Counted from the first letter of the stretch, positions 39,571 through 53,504 are shown. The stretch is DNA of 64,000 nucleotides from Haliotis cracherodii (GCF_022045235.1 NW_027266275.1:7006001-7070000), one strand, 5' to 3'. Made by a program: numbers and translations. The notes: generated from the sequence alone by a model not told the origin.

Positions 39571-40370
39571 AACTATTTGTACTTGTTGTACATTGTTGCA
39601 ATTGTAATATTCCAGCTCGTGAAAACAGTTTCAAGTAAGCATCTTGATACGGAGCGATTCCGAGTGTACCATAAGCATGTGTTAATGAAAATAGTGATGA
39701 TACACGGTGAGTGATCCTGCCCCTCAGGTGGCACCGTCACAAACACATGCAAAGGCAAGTCAATTTTTCACCTGAAAAAAAACACAGGAAAACATGGTAC
39801 AAGTCAAATTAGGGAATTGCATCAGACACCATGTAATAAGCCACGACACAAATTAGAGGTATTTCTTTGAGATCGTCAGATCGAGTAGAACCTGTACGAC
39901 GCAGCACCCAGTGATCTTTGTAAACAGTTCCAAAAACAAATATGTGAGACTGTATATTTTTGTACAAACATATCCGCTGCATTTACTGAATGTTACTGAA
40001 AGTTCCCCGAATCCCTCTCAAACTGTGACAGAATTTCGTATATGTACATGTAGTTACCTGAAACATATATCTCAAGCTTCTTGTCAATGACACAGGCATG
40101 AAAAACATAGATTCGTACTTTTTCACAACGAAATAGATTATTATATATGGATGACGTAATGTAGTAAATATTATCATATTACATTTGCATTTCAATAATA
40201 TACCGTGTTGCGGATTGCGGATCTAAGTACAGTATGCCCTGTGGTTTTAACAGTAAACTCGGTGACGGCTGTTATGAAAAACACCTACACTCACTGCTAA
40301 TCTAATCTAATAACCTAGTAACCACCTTGTCCTACAGTGGTTTGGTGGCTTTGGTGTCCACACGAAAAAT

Positions 40371-43300
40371 ATGCCAGCACATCTGTGTTTCGTTTTAGCT
40401 TGTCTTGCATCAGGTAAGCTATTGTAACTGATCAAGGATTCGTCCGAACCATCGCTTCCATTCTTTAAAAGACAGTATGACTTCTTTCTTCTTTGCAGTG
40501 TGAATCTATTTCACAAAAATACATTATTCAACACAAACTATACGTCCTGTGCCTTTGGTATCTCAATTCAAATTAAAAGGAAGGTAATATTTAAATACCA
40601 TACATATTAAATATATTATATAATGAATTATATCATATGTATATTATGATATAATTTAACTTGTGTTTTGTGTCTTATCTTAAATATATCGGCCCATTAC
40701 ATGTTGCAACGATGCTACCGACAATTTTTAACATTTCTTTTCTCAAATTATTAGCATAAAAAATAAACATTCCCATATTTTGTAAGGTATTCGAATTGTT
40801 TTCAGACATTAACATGTTAAATTTGTGTAAACTTGGAAATATATAATACTTTTTGGGGAAATTATAATTAATGCCTTAAAGAGGTACCTGCACATGCTCC
40901 GTTCTTGAATCCGTAATAGTCTTAGTACCTGGCAGGAATTCAGTGTTTGTTTCCGATAAATATCCAATCCGCACTTCGCAAGTAAAATAAGACACACATC
41001 TGGTAGAAAAAGGCCTCGCATCGTCCTCTTGTCGCTCTTATATAGGTACAATCAGGCTTCTAGAAACTGGCCCAACTCGAAACCCCTCGAATGATGAACC
41101 CTGCCTTGTTTATAAAGACAATGGCAATAACTCTAAATTCAATTCCCATCCGCCGACAGCACTCGACATTTTACTGATAATTACCCCCTAATATATTTAC
41201 TTTTCTACAGTCCCTGATATTACCGACAAATAATAAGCCAAACGTGCACATGGGATCAACGTTTTGACAATAATTTTTTGTTGCTGATATTGGTGGAATT
41301 TGAATTTGGTGTAGGCGTTGTTTGAATAATTACAACTTAATATGTACAATACCTTACTCAGATTGAACTTCACGTGAAATCTTCACTTTTATATTTAGTA
41401 TTGTTAACTACATTATACATCATTGTGTTCCTGATTGTATTGACAGGAGTCTTGAGTTATATAGATCCTCCTGGATGTGGAATCAATGATGTGGGCTTTG
41501 ATTACACCACCCTCCCAAAGACAGCCAGGAATCGCATTGTTGGTGGACAAATCGCAACACCACATTCCTTTCCATGGATGGTAAATAAAGTGTATACCGA
41601 AAAGGATCTCACAAACTACACAGTGTAAACATGTCATTCATATGTATGAAGATATGTCTTCAGCAACCCTTCAGCTTGCCGTAAAAGGCGACTATGCTTG
41701 TCGTAAGAGGCGACTAACGGGATTGGGTGACCAGGCTCGCTGACTTGATTGATGCATGTCATCGTATCCCAATCGCGTGGATCGATGTTCAGGATGTCAA
41801 TCCCTGGATTGTCTGGTTTAGACTCGATTATTTACAGACGGCCGTCATATAGCTGGAATATTGCTGAGTGCGGCGTTAAACAACAAACAAACACATCATA
41901 TTAGCTTATTGCTGAAGTATTAAGTTTCAGAGACAGGTTCATGAACCACATGTATTCCAGAATAGCTGACAATACCAAAGTTGAACTGCTGAACTGCTGT
42001 ATACTGTCGTATTTACTGACGTTTTACATGTATGGACTGACATTTTGTGTTTTATGAGTTTATCACCATGAAATATTCGGTCATGATATGGAACAATGGT
42101 TTAATGGGATGAGTGATGATAAAGCACACTGCATAAAACATACAATTTAAATACAATTTAATAATGTCGCTCTATTTCATGAATAATGCGGGAATATGCC
42201 AGTCTTATCGTGGTGGATTGTAACACAATTGAGTCTGGACAAGGCAAACAAGTGATTGAAAGCATGAACAACAACACAAACCATCAGGGAACAAAGGCAC
42301 ACTATTCACCACGTCACAGTCTGACCAACCGATTCTCATTTTACCATTCGGTTCTTATGACAAGCATGAGGCACTGAAAACCTTTTTACTGACATAGAAA
42401 ATCGTCATACAATTAGCATGTGGAGGTACAATGACCATGTCATTCTAAGAAACTATTTGGTGAAATAGAAAATATTTACGAGTACAAATTGGATTTAAAT
42501 CAATTCTTTATAAATCAACTTACGAACATCTTCTGATAGCTTTAATGGAATAATGGTGCAGTTGACCTTTCACACAAAAATCTACGAAACACGATAATTG
42601 GAAACAAAATAGAGCATCAACATATAGACAAACCAGATACAAGTAAATGTATTCTGTACATGTGTGTGGACTACCAGTGACCTACCACGGAGAAAGATGA
42701 GAAACAATGCACCCTTATGCACTTTAGAGTATACATAATATGTAATGTGTATTGGGGTAATTCAACACGCGGACATCAATCGCTATGTTTCATATGTTAA
42801 TCTTTATTGAAAGATATACACGTGCCCTACATATCGTTGACCATGTGAAGGGCATACATGGGTCTGACATGTGTTTTCAGTAGTAATTGTTGTTATTATA
42901 TATCCATTGATGACCCAGAAGCAGTTGATGTCCCAAGCACCTGATACTTATCGTAACAACTTATAAATGCCGTTACAATGTGTGACCTGGTTGAATTTGT
43001 GTCCTTGTACCCTAACAGCCTGATGCTCTGATGCTATGAGCTTCTGATTTGCCTGGCCGTGTAATTGTTGACTATTGTTGACTAAGACGTAATACAATGT
43101 TCACTCACTGACTGTATCGATGTTTCTAGGCTGCTCTCGAAAGGCGTGGTGTTCTTAATTGTGGTGGGTCACTTCTGAAAGGCAGTTCTGATAGGTGGTA
43201 CATCCTAACTGCTGCCCACTGTTTGTAGTAAGTTGTATACACGTAAACCTACTACATAGTAGAGTTGATATAAAGACATGTTACAATATTCATGTACTTT

Positions 43301-46278
43301 TTATAAGTAAGGAAATGTCAAATATTATCATTCACGTAAGTGAGCGCGTGAATGAGTGAGTTTCTTTGGTTGCTCCAGTCATGTTATGGCATGTCAGAAT
43401 GATGTCAGGGGATACACCAGGCTCATGAAGGTTGTAGACATGTATTATATTTATCCCGTCTCACTATGACTACATTTCCATGAGCTTGAGAAATCACACG
43501 TTTACAAAATGTAAGTATTCTGAAACAATATGTACAAATGAATATTCGCTAGTCGGTTTTAAAAATGATTGCCATCATGAATGTTGCTAGATTATGAAAT
43601 GTTTGAAATATATTGTAAAATAGAGCGTTTATCTTTGGCACCAGTTCAGTGTGAATCATTAATATTTATAAGAGAAATATTTGTTTTGACATTATTTCTG
43701 TTTGTCAGTGAAACTACTGTGGCAGACTTAAAGATTCGCCTTGGCGCTCATGACCTCTCCAAAAACGAACCTTCCTCCGAGTCCTATGACGTAAAGACTT
43801 TGATGTCACACCCTCTGTACAATCCAATTACAATTGAGTATGACATTGCCCTGATTGAGCTTAGTAGCGCCCCACAAGTATCTAAGCCCGAAATCAACTT
43901 TGGGTGTGTTTCCGGCAATGTCAGTAGAGCAGGAGAAGTATGCTATGTCGCCGGATGGGGACATACCTCGTACGGTATGTCTTAAGTTTCATTATACTGA
44001 CCGAAGATTGTATAAATACCTGAATGTGAATGCATAGCTACTTTTTCAAATTTTGAAAGTATTTTAAAAGCATAACAATGCTTAGCAAGCACAATCCTGA
44101 GACGTTAAACGGCGTTCTCAAAGTTCACGAAAATCAATGATGTAGGAAGAAATAGTTTATCATATAGAGGATAAATTACTCTTCTTGTTAATGTGTTTGG
44201 CAACTGGACAAAGGGGCAGTCTTGATGTCCGTATCCAACATTCAATTTTGTCAGTAAATTAAAAGGATGTCACTGTGGTCTAGGATGAAGGAATATGCTG
44301 TTTTCAAAATAATTGTTAAACAATTTCATCACTGCAACACAAATATTAACTTATTTCCATACGCATAAACTGTGACTGTATCAAATAACAGGAAACTCCT
44401 TCATGTTAAATTGTACTTATAGGAGGCTCTACATCAGATGAGCTCCAGGTTGTTGAAAAGCCTGTCCTGTCACAAACCCAATGTAGGAACATAGTCGGCT
44501 CTAATCCGTTCCATGAAGCCTCAATGATTTGTGCAGGCCACTCAGAAGGAGGAAAAGATTCGTGCTCCGTAAGTACCATGACTTATTATCAATCGTTCAA
44601 TAAAGGTGAAATAGCCAATTCCCTTCCACTGAGATAGAAAAAAACCACTGAAACCGCCTCATCTGTTTCATATTTATGTCTATTAAATCACAATGTGTAC
44701 ATGTGCCAAATCCACACTTTAAAGCTTACTCAAAACGATGCATTATGACCCCAGCCAATGGAATTATGTGCACTCGATTTCATGCTCAGCTCTCTGGGGA
44801 GTATAAAAGACAACATGCCTTTGAAGCGCTCGAAGGTTTACAGTCACTGCTGGGTGAACAGATACATGTATATAGTGAGTGAGTGAGTGAGTATGGTTTG
44901 ACGCCGCTTTTAGCAATATCTCAGCAATATCACGGCGGGGGACACCAGAAATGGGCTTCACACAATGTACCCATGTCGGGAATCGAACCCGGGTCTTCGG
45001 CGTGACGAGCGAACGCTTTAACCACTAGGCTACCCGACCGCCCCGAACAGATATATAGAATTAGTGGAACTAAAATTCAAAAGGTTCATGGGAATTAATT
45101 AGCTACTCCTTAAAAGTTTAAAGCTGTTCTATACAATCTGTAAACGCCATTTTATGGTTCCCCATGTCGAAGAGATTGAGATTTTCTGTTAGTGTTAGCA
45201 TACATATTTATTATTTAATGTCTACAGTATCAAGTGACCAGTCACAATAATACCCGCAAGTATTTGTGACAGAAATATATCTCACGATCCCACTTTCCAT
45301 AGAACAGCAAATAAGTATCAAAAGAAAACTATTTCTTTAACACCATGTTCATTTTGCACTGTCTTACATTTGTGAATTAGAAATTAACTGAATTCACTTT
45401 CCCATTTGTAACAAAGCTTTTAAGGTTGTGGAATCGGTCAGTTGTACTTCGAAGCTGATTTCATAAAAAAATGAACATATGTTACAGTTGGACAGCGGAG
45501 GACCTTTGATGTGCTTCCAAAACAATCGTATGGAGATAATTGGTAAGGTGTCATTTTCAAGACATTTCTCAGAAGTGATGGCAATGACATCACACTTTCC
45601 AGTAGATCAGTATTCCAGCGTTGGGTCACCGTATGCTTTCAGTTGTGCAAGTCCCTCTGAGTAACTGTAATTGTAATCATGTTTTGAAGTCTTCATCCTG
45701 TAATATCCATTTTTAATGAAAACATATTTGCAAAAACGTGTCCAATCGTATGAAGGAAAGTAACTCTTCGTACGGTCCAAAAACAAGAACTAGATAAGAA
45801 AAGCTTTGAGTTATCTTTGGCAGGCAAATCTCCACATGACATATGTCAATCCAAATATAAACTGCTATATGTGTTCACATCACAGCCAAACACAAAATAT
45901 ATCAGGCCATGTGGAATAGTCAACAACAACTTTCAAGAACAGGGGGGATTTCATTTTGACACCGAAATGGACCTTGAATCCTTCATTGACCGTGTTTCGT
46001 TTCTGTTGTGTTTTTCAAGAGTACTTATTCATGATCGCTCGTTTCCCTACTGTGGTGTTTTGTAATCATATTCAATTGCCTTTACAATGAATACTCAATG
46101 TTACATTAAAAGGTGTCAGAATTTCTCGCAGGAAATCAGTTGTACATGAGATATTATTCTTTTCATGTTTGCAGGAATTGTGAGCTGGGGCAATGGTTGC
46201 GGTCAACCCAACTCACCCGGCGTCTATGCTAGTGCATCAGGAGGAAGGCAGTGGATTGAATCTACCATATACGCATAG
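40371..46278 (+). CDS. Trypsin-family serine protease, copy 4, intact
   Basis: Exons 40371-40413, 41447-41580 (RNR|IVGG), 43130-43227 (TAAHC), 43709-43974 (YDIAL), 44423-44568 (KDSCS), 45488-45542 (LDSGGP), 46175-46278 (VSWGNGC..PGVY, TAG). Confidence 0.92.
41650..41892 (+). mobile_element. Family-B short interspersed element
   Basis: Near full-length copy with (AAAC)n tail. Confidence 0.85.
44874..45044 (-). mobile_element. Family-A tRNA-derived SINE, full length
   Basis: Almost identical to 7552-7718; gaacagata..tatag on both flanks. Confidence 0.9.
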
Positions 46279-48759
46279 ATGGTCACTAAAATAAAACGAC
46301 TGAAATACACTCGCATATTCTGTTTACCCTGGGGTGTGTTTTTTGTGAAACATATCGGATGTTTCCCAAGTGGTCTTGGGATAAGTACATTACATAATGA
46401 TTGTTCTCCTTAGTGAAAATAGGAGCCTGCATTAATAATATAAATATATAATGTCAACGACGGATAACAACGAGTTGCTATTGGGTTTAAAGATTCATAA
46501 ACATTGTAAACGTATGTCCTTTGATTGTGGAAATGGCTTTTCGTTTGTTGCTTATGTTATATGAATCACTTTTGGTGTGTTCGCGAAAAGTTGAGCGTAT
46601 CCTGACCCACCGGTTGCACCTTTCACAAACACAGGCAAATGCAAGTCAATTGTTCACCTGAACAAACACGGAAGCAAAATTAATGGTCTTTCAGTTTTTT
46701 TGTAGGGATATATGATACATCTTGAATGTGGTTTGCTTTGTATTGTTTCTCATATTGGGTGTATGATGTGTATGCTGAGATACGAATCTACAGTAAAAAG
46801 GATCAGTAAACATAACCCAACTATTGAAATTTCATTTTTACTAAGCACTAAGTTTGAAGAACAAGGAAACAATGGTCAAAATACTGAATGGCATCAGACA
46901 TTATTTTGGTCACTGATGCGTCTTCCACATGTCTACCCTTTTCGGGAACACCTTGTGTCTTCACTGATTTTCATCGTTCAATTCATATAATTTATCTGCT
47001 CTTTTGCGCAGTATTGCATTTAATTACGGCATGTCAACCTTATGTCAGCACTTGAAGCCAAACGTGATGCAGATCGTAGTCGTTTACTGATATGATTAAT
47101 CCCACCAGACATAAGTATCGAGGCAACAGTATTAACTGACTTCTCAATCTCAGTCAAGGTAAATCTTTATCCGCGTGTATTAGTAACAGAGAAGCTGATA
47201 AAGCTGGGCGAGCGCGGGTGTGTGGACGTTATTTTATTATTTTGAACTGATGGAGTCAGCAGGGAATGTTCTGCTTAATTTGGATGCTTCACCACCTGAC
47301 ATAACACTTCAACGGACATGTAAAGAGAAGTATGAATATCGTAGGGGCGAACAAAAGAAATGGTTGCATGTTATTTAAATAATAATATAATCTAAATTGA
47401 AATAACAGGTGAATAGATTGTAGAATCAGGAATGTTGTGTGAGCTCGAAGCAAATATGAAAGCGTGTTATTAATATAACTTAGTGTACAGTTGAAATTGC
47501 TTTCACATTATTGAGTATTACCAATTAATTACACAGTAACAAGACACTTAAAGAACGTATTACGTACGTATTAAAACAAGGTACGCTTCTTAGGTGTTGC
47601 AGATTGTGGTATTGCCGCAAATGTACTGTTGGTATTGAATTTTGAAATTGAACACACCAGTATTATATTTGTCACACAACACGTTCAATATATTATGATC
47701 TGCATGTACATGCAATACCTGATTAATAATGAGCACTGATAATGTCCAACATGATATTCATGCCGAGGTATATGTCACACCAGTAACTTGGCATTAATAT
47801 TTGAATGACAATTTTCATGCAATCGATAGCAAATCCTGCTCGCTCGTTTTGATGTTGTCGATGTTAATTAAACTACATACATGCACATGTGCGTTGTAAA
47901 CATGCATCTGCTCTGCATCCCATTTGCAACATCAAAAGCATACAGATCTATTGAAACATTCAATTTGATTTTCTGATATAAATTTACGATAAAATGCATT
48001 GATGCAGATATAATTAGAAAATTCATGTGCAATTGTGCTTGACGAGATTCAAGTATCACGTTTATTTTGCGGTCGAGTTTTCAAGTAATAGCATTAAAAA
48101 GAACAATAGATAATGTCACATGTGTTTGCCACGACTTGGCCCGGGCTGTCAAAGTCAACTTAAACCTCACTTATGAATCATCAAATTGATTCAAATCTAT
48201 AGACATGTCGCCATCATGTCAAATATCCGTCATTATTATAAGGACGGCACCGAAACACATGAGGACGGCACCGACATCATACAAGCTTTATCATCAGCCA
48301 GCCAGCAGTAAAATCGAGCAGTATCTGATCAATGGGAGCAAACCTATCCTCTGCAAATACACAACTAAACATGCTGTGTTTGTTTGATCAAAAATGTAAT
48401 GACGTACGTAGATACTGTATTGTATGTGCGATTGAGATCCCTGCATACCATTCTTTGCTCTCTTCATAAATCATTGTGTATATTTTTAGCATCCCCTTTA
48501 TCTAACCTGTACCTCAAACAATGAAAGGCATTAAAACTGTGTGGACACTTTAACCGCAACGCTGTGTCATGACCCTTTTTTATATAACACTGTGATAACT
48601 ATGAAAACGTCAATGCGAGAGAATACTACTCTTTGAGGCGTAAGTGGCACAACTGTCGTGACATTTTATGCATAGATCCCTGAAAATCACTGATGACACC
48701 AGGTTTTCGCGAATCTTAACATTCTGCCTGTACAATCTTGATTTTTTTGTCTTCTACAG

Positions 48760-51110
48760 CTCATGTTACAATCAGTGAGCACCAACTGAGCTACCAAACC
48801 GCAAGAAATGCTGCTACTAGGAACGATTGTGGCAAGTCTCTGGAATAGAATTGTCCTTTAAACAGGATCACTCCCTGTACCTTTTTGTGTTTACTTGCCT
48901 CCACCAAATCGCCCTGAAGAACTTTGTTCTTTTATGTGGATAATCTAGAAGACATTTGTGTTGTATATTCCTTGAAATGCAGAGTAATAGTGATGGGAGA
49001 TTTTAACGCCACTGCCTGTGGTCCTAGGTACAATCCTGCTCTGAGCAGTCGTGATTGAATTCTGTCAAAATTTCTGACCAGTTCAAATCTGTCTCCCGTA
49101 AACATGCAATCTAATTGTGTTGTTCCAGTATTTACCTTTCAAGCTTATAATGGAGGTCCAGTCTCTGCTGTTGATTGTATAATGATCTCAGAATATCTCA
49201 AAGGACTAGTAGCTACTGCTTGTGTAAGATATGATAAACCATTCAACGTCTCTGATCACCGTCCGGTTCACAATTTCATATAAATAGACTCCGACAGATT
49301 ACGACCAAGGAACTGTCTACACAAAATATTCATTGGATAAAGCACCAGAAGCTGCATCTATCCAGGACAATACATGTGCAGTTTCACATCTGGCCTATTC
49401 CTTGCCCAAAGGTTGGATGTGCACATGATGATATAGACACCTATTATGATCAGATAGTTCAGAGTCTAATAGAAGCAAGTGTTTACGCTATACTTGAAAG
49501 GTAAATTAATGACTTTCATAAGTTCATGAGGAACTGTAGAACCGAATGGATCAATGCTGACCACCCAGATGAATGGACCACACTTCTTTCATATACCATA
49601 AGGAAGCAAAAGATACATTTAGATATGCTTTATTGGAGGGGGCAGCGCAGTATGAAAACTAGTACTTTAAAAAGATAAATGACTGGTGACCTAGATCAGA
49701 AGATGTTTTGGACTCTAATGCGAGGTGGGAACAGAAACCACATGTTGCATGCCTTGAAGCAGAAGGTGCTGAATCTGTGTCACAGTGGCAAACCATATGA
49801 AGAAGTTATCAAGCGACCAAGTTGAGCTTCACTTTCATCAAGAGTTTAGGAAGCACATTGAGGCACAAATGAAAAGGATACGTATGGACGCAATCAATGT
49901 AGCCTTCCTAGACAGTTCAAAAGCGTTTGACACAGTATAGCACCAAGGACTTTTATATAAGCTGTATCATCTTGGAATCCCAAATGCACAGCTACAAGTA
50001 CATCGAGAGCGGCGTCCTTGTTAATAACACGAGATCATACTGGTTTCAATTATCAAGAGGTGTCCGTCAAAAGGTGTCGGCAAAACTCTACCTGTTATAC
50101 ATAGATGAACTGTTACAGAAACTGTCCAGCAAACTGCAGTGCAGTGATCATGGATATCAAAGTAATGGCACTCACTCAAGCGGACGATATAGCAATTTTT
50201 AGTCCAGTATCAGCAAACATGCAGAAGATATTGACTATCTGTGAAAGATATAGTTCAGACTGGCGGTTCACTTTCTCTCTTTCCAAGAGCCAGATTGTTA
50301 GATTTAGTGACAGAAAAGCAGATGTTTATAGCGTTGTACTCTATGCACGTTGGTAGTATATTGAACTCTGGAGAGCTGCTCGAATATGAAAGCATCAGCC
50401 ATGGCACTCGTTGAATCGTGACTGCATGAACGTGCTCTAAACCCCATGACAAGCTCAATACTTATTCAGGAAATTTGTATCCCAAAGGCTATGTTTGGGT
50501 GTGAATTCTGGTCGATGATCTCCAAGGCAGAAATTCTGGCTTTAGAAAGAGCACAGAGGTCCATCCTCCAAATGGCATTGTGACTTCCTAGTCATACTAG
50601 GTCTGACATAACTAATGCTCTTCTAGGATGGCTCCCCATAGAATCATTCATCAACATCAGGAAACTATATTTTCTTGGCCACCTCTCAAATTGTTCAAAT
50701 CATCTCCTTTCTAAGAAGGTTTTCATGACTCGGCTCTTTCTGTATATACATAAGTGTTCATCCACAAGTATGAGCTTTGTCTCAGACATCTATCGCATCC
50801 TCCACAAATATTCATTGTACTTTCACCCGGTTGCATTTCTTAGTTCCGGTACATTCCTGGAACGGAAGATATGGAAAAGAAAAGTAGAAGAAGCCGTGAA
50901 AAATTTTGAAATATGAGCATGGCGGGAAAGACTTTCATCAGACCCTGATACTGTGCACTTTGAGAGTATTCATCCAGATGTGACTCCATACGTTGTGTGG
51001 AGGATAACTAGAGAGTGTCCTGAGCTAAAGACAGCTGCCTGCTTTGTTGTCCACATTGTTCCACTGTGTGAGTACGGGAACAATAAGAGAGAACTTATGG
51101 TGTGACATTG
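48760..51110 (+). mobile_element. Heavily decayed LINE (APE endonuclease plus reverse transcriptase)
   Basis: Motif remnants VYLPP, VMGDFNA, SDHRPV (APE); FLDSSKAFDTV, RGVRQ, QADDIA (RT); many stops and frameshifts. Clade not assigned. Confidence 0.82.
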
Positions 51111-51315
51111 TGTGAATAGGTCCTGTTGACATCAGCGTCATCAACTTCACAGCAAATCAGACTATGATCTTGTAGCTTGTTTGTTGTCCGTCACCGCTTT
51201 CAATAGATTGGCGGAATGTAATCAGAAAATGCGTTACCACAATGATGTACGGTGGTATTCTCTGACAATGTAATTGTTATCATGTAATTATTCCTAATGC
51301 TATACCTTGTAACTC

Positions 51316-51455
51316 NNNNNNNNNNNNNNNNNNNNNNNNNNNNNNNNNNNNNNNNNNNNNNNNNNNNNNNNNNNNNNNNNNNNNNNNNNNNNNNNNNNNN
51401 NNNNNNNNNNNNNNNNNNNNNNNNNNNNNNNNNNNNNNNNNNNNNNNNNNNNNNN
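51316..51455. other. Assembly gap
   Basis: Run of N. Confidence 1.
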
Positions 51456-52399
51456 TTGTCTGGTATCCTGAAACCGCTCATGCTGTACTTTTGTTTGTTT
51501 CGTATTTAGTACCATTGTCAGCAGTACTCTAGATATATGTCGACGGTCTGTAAATACTAGCGTCTGAGCAACAGACACCAGTGGTAGAAATTATTAACAA
51601 CGTCCCATGCCGTCGGAGTTCGTTGACACACAATCAACCAAGTCGCCAAACACAACCATCAGTCATTCGCTTCTTACGACAAACATAGGTTGCTGGAGAC
51701 ACATTCCATCCCGGAATCCACACGGGGTGTTCTTGCTTTAAGCTTATGTACCATAGCATAGGGTTCAAATCACAATAACCCCCTCTGATTGAAACAGCCG
51801 ATTTTGACGGCCGTGTCACCGCGGAAGCTGATATTCATATAATAGTACTTTTTCAGTCACTGTCGGTAGGCATATTTAAATAACTCTATCTACAATGTAG
51901 GTTACAAAATGCAAAGGTGCGGTTACTACAATATCCAGAGGATGTGTGGCAATACATTTCGTGCAGAAAACACGATAGAAATCTATAATGATAATGTATT
52001 TGAGGACAACAGAGAGCTTGGAAAAAGGCGCATTTCTACATACGACAGTTACGTCATATCTTTTGCGTCATAGTGAGCGATATGACGTAATGATGAAGAC
52101 GAGGTGTCGAACGAAAGATTTGCAGGACTTCCTTAGTTTTTTTAGGAGTGCCCACCTCACGTTAGCTTACAAAGTTGCCGTGCTTATATGCTTTCAGTAC
52201 CTGTCATATGTTCGAGTGAAAATATTACGGTGTAAACAAACAGCGTGGGCATATGGAGCGCCATATTTTGTTTACAGGCTGTTGTCGTTGATTCCGTAAT
52301 TCATATCAACAACCAACTCAAAACACTGGGCTCAACCTATGCCACTTCACTCAATATACTTCCTAGAGCCTTTCATTTAGTCATATATGGTAGAATGGA

Positions 52400-52541
52400 G
52401 ATAAACAAACTGTGTTTTCAGTGCAGAGCTAGGTTACCTGTAGAATTAACCGCTCTGAATTGGATGTTTAATTAATCCAATTTAGCGCGGTTAAATCTAC
52501 AGATAACCTAGCTGTACATTGAAAACAAAGAAAGGTTTATC
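52400..52541. repeat. Long imperfect palindrome (foldback)
   Basis: tgttttcagtgcagagctaggttacctgtagaattaaccgctctgaattggat pairs with atccaatttagcgcggttaaatctacagataacctagctgtacattgaaaaca. Confidence 0.85.
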
Positions 52542-53041
52542 ACCTAAATGAGTTAGCTCTTTTTTCCTTTACTATATGTTTATAACCATATCATAAATAA
52601 AATAGTAATAAATGATGGCGAGCAAATACACAGAACTAATACTTGTACATGTCATCTGTATAATCAGTATCGATTATCTCCTGAAACAAATTCCATTGGG
52701 CTTAAAAGATAAAATAGTAATGAAAATAGTGTCAATTGATCATTGAAAAGCAGTGATGACACCAGTTGTTCGAGAAAAAGGAAAGCATGTACTGCTCTAC
52801 CGGTAGCACCCGTCACTTACACAATCTTCATTAAAAAAGTGTTTGTTTGTTTCCTGACGTCATTGTCAGCAATGCCCAGCCGTCTGACAGCGGTCTGTGA
52901 ACTATCGAGTCTGGACCAGACAATCCAACCGTCAGTTTCATGAGCAATGACCCAGGTCGCTGTTAACTATGTCAGTAAGCATGAGAGTCCGGTCCATTAA
53001 AGCAGGTGCCAGTGAGTAAGGATGTGTCGAAACTCCCTGTG

Positions 53042-53305
53042 TTTGTTGTTGTTGTTGTTTAACGCCGCACTCAGCAATATTCAAGCTATATGGTGGCGGT
53101 CTGTACATATGTAAATAATCGAGTCTGGACCAGACAATCCAGTGACTGACATCATTAGCATCGATTCACGCAATTGGGATACGATGCATCAACCAAGTCA
53201 GCGAGCCTGACCACTCGATCCCGTTAGTCGTCTCTTACCACAAGCATAGTCACCTTTCACGGCAAGCATGGGATGCTGAATACCTATTCTACCCCGGATC
53301 TTCAC
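53042..53305 (-). mobile_element. Family-B short interspersed element
   Basis: Full-length copy at the position equivalent to 41650-41892 within an inverted duplication. Confidence 0.85.
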
Positions 53306-53370
53306 ACATATGAATGACATGTTTACATTGTGTAGTTTGTCAGATCCTTTTCGTTATTCACTTTATTTAC

Positions 53371-53504
53371 CATCCACGGAAAGGAATGTGGTGTGGCGAT
53401 TTGTCCACCAACAATGCGATTCCTGACTGTCTTTGGGAGGGTGGTGTAATCAAAGCCCACATCATTGATTCCACATCCTGGAGGATCTATATAACTCAAG
53501 ACTC
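53371..53504 (-). pseudogene. Orphan inverted copy of protease exon 2
   Basis: [45 protein letters not shown] with intact AG/GT sites; no other protease exons seen on the minus strand. Confidence 0.88.

Noticed and set aside
383-46278. Functional coupling of the receptor and the adjacent protease array (protease-activated receptor module)
   Set aside because: Only adjacency (about 0.9 kb, same strand) supports it; gene neighbourhood in animals is weak evidence without conserved synteny or co-expression data.
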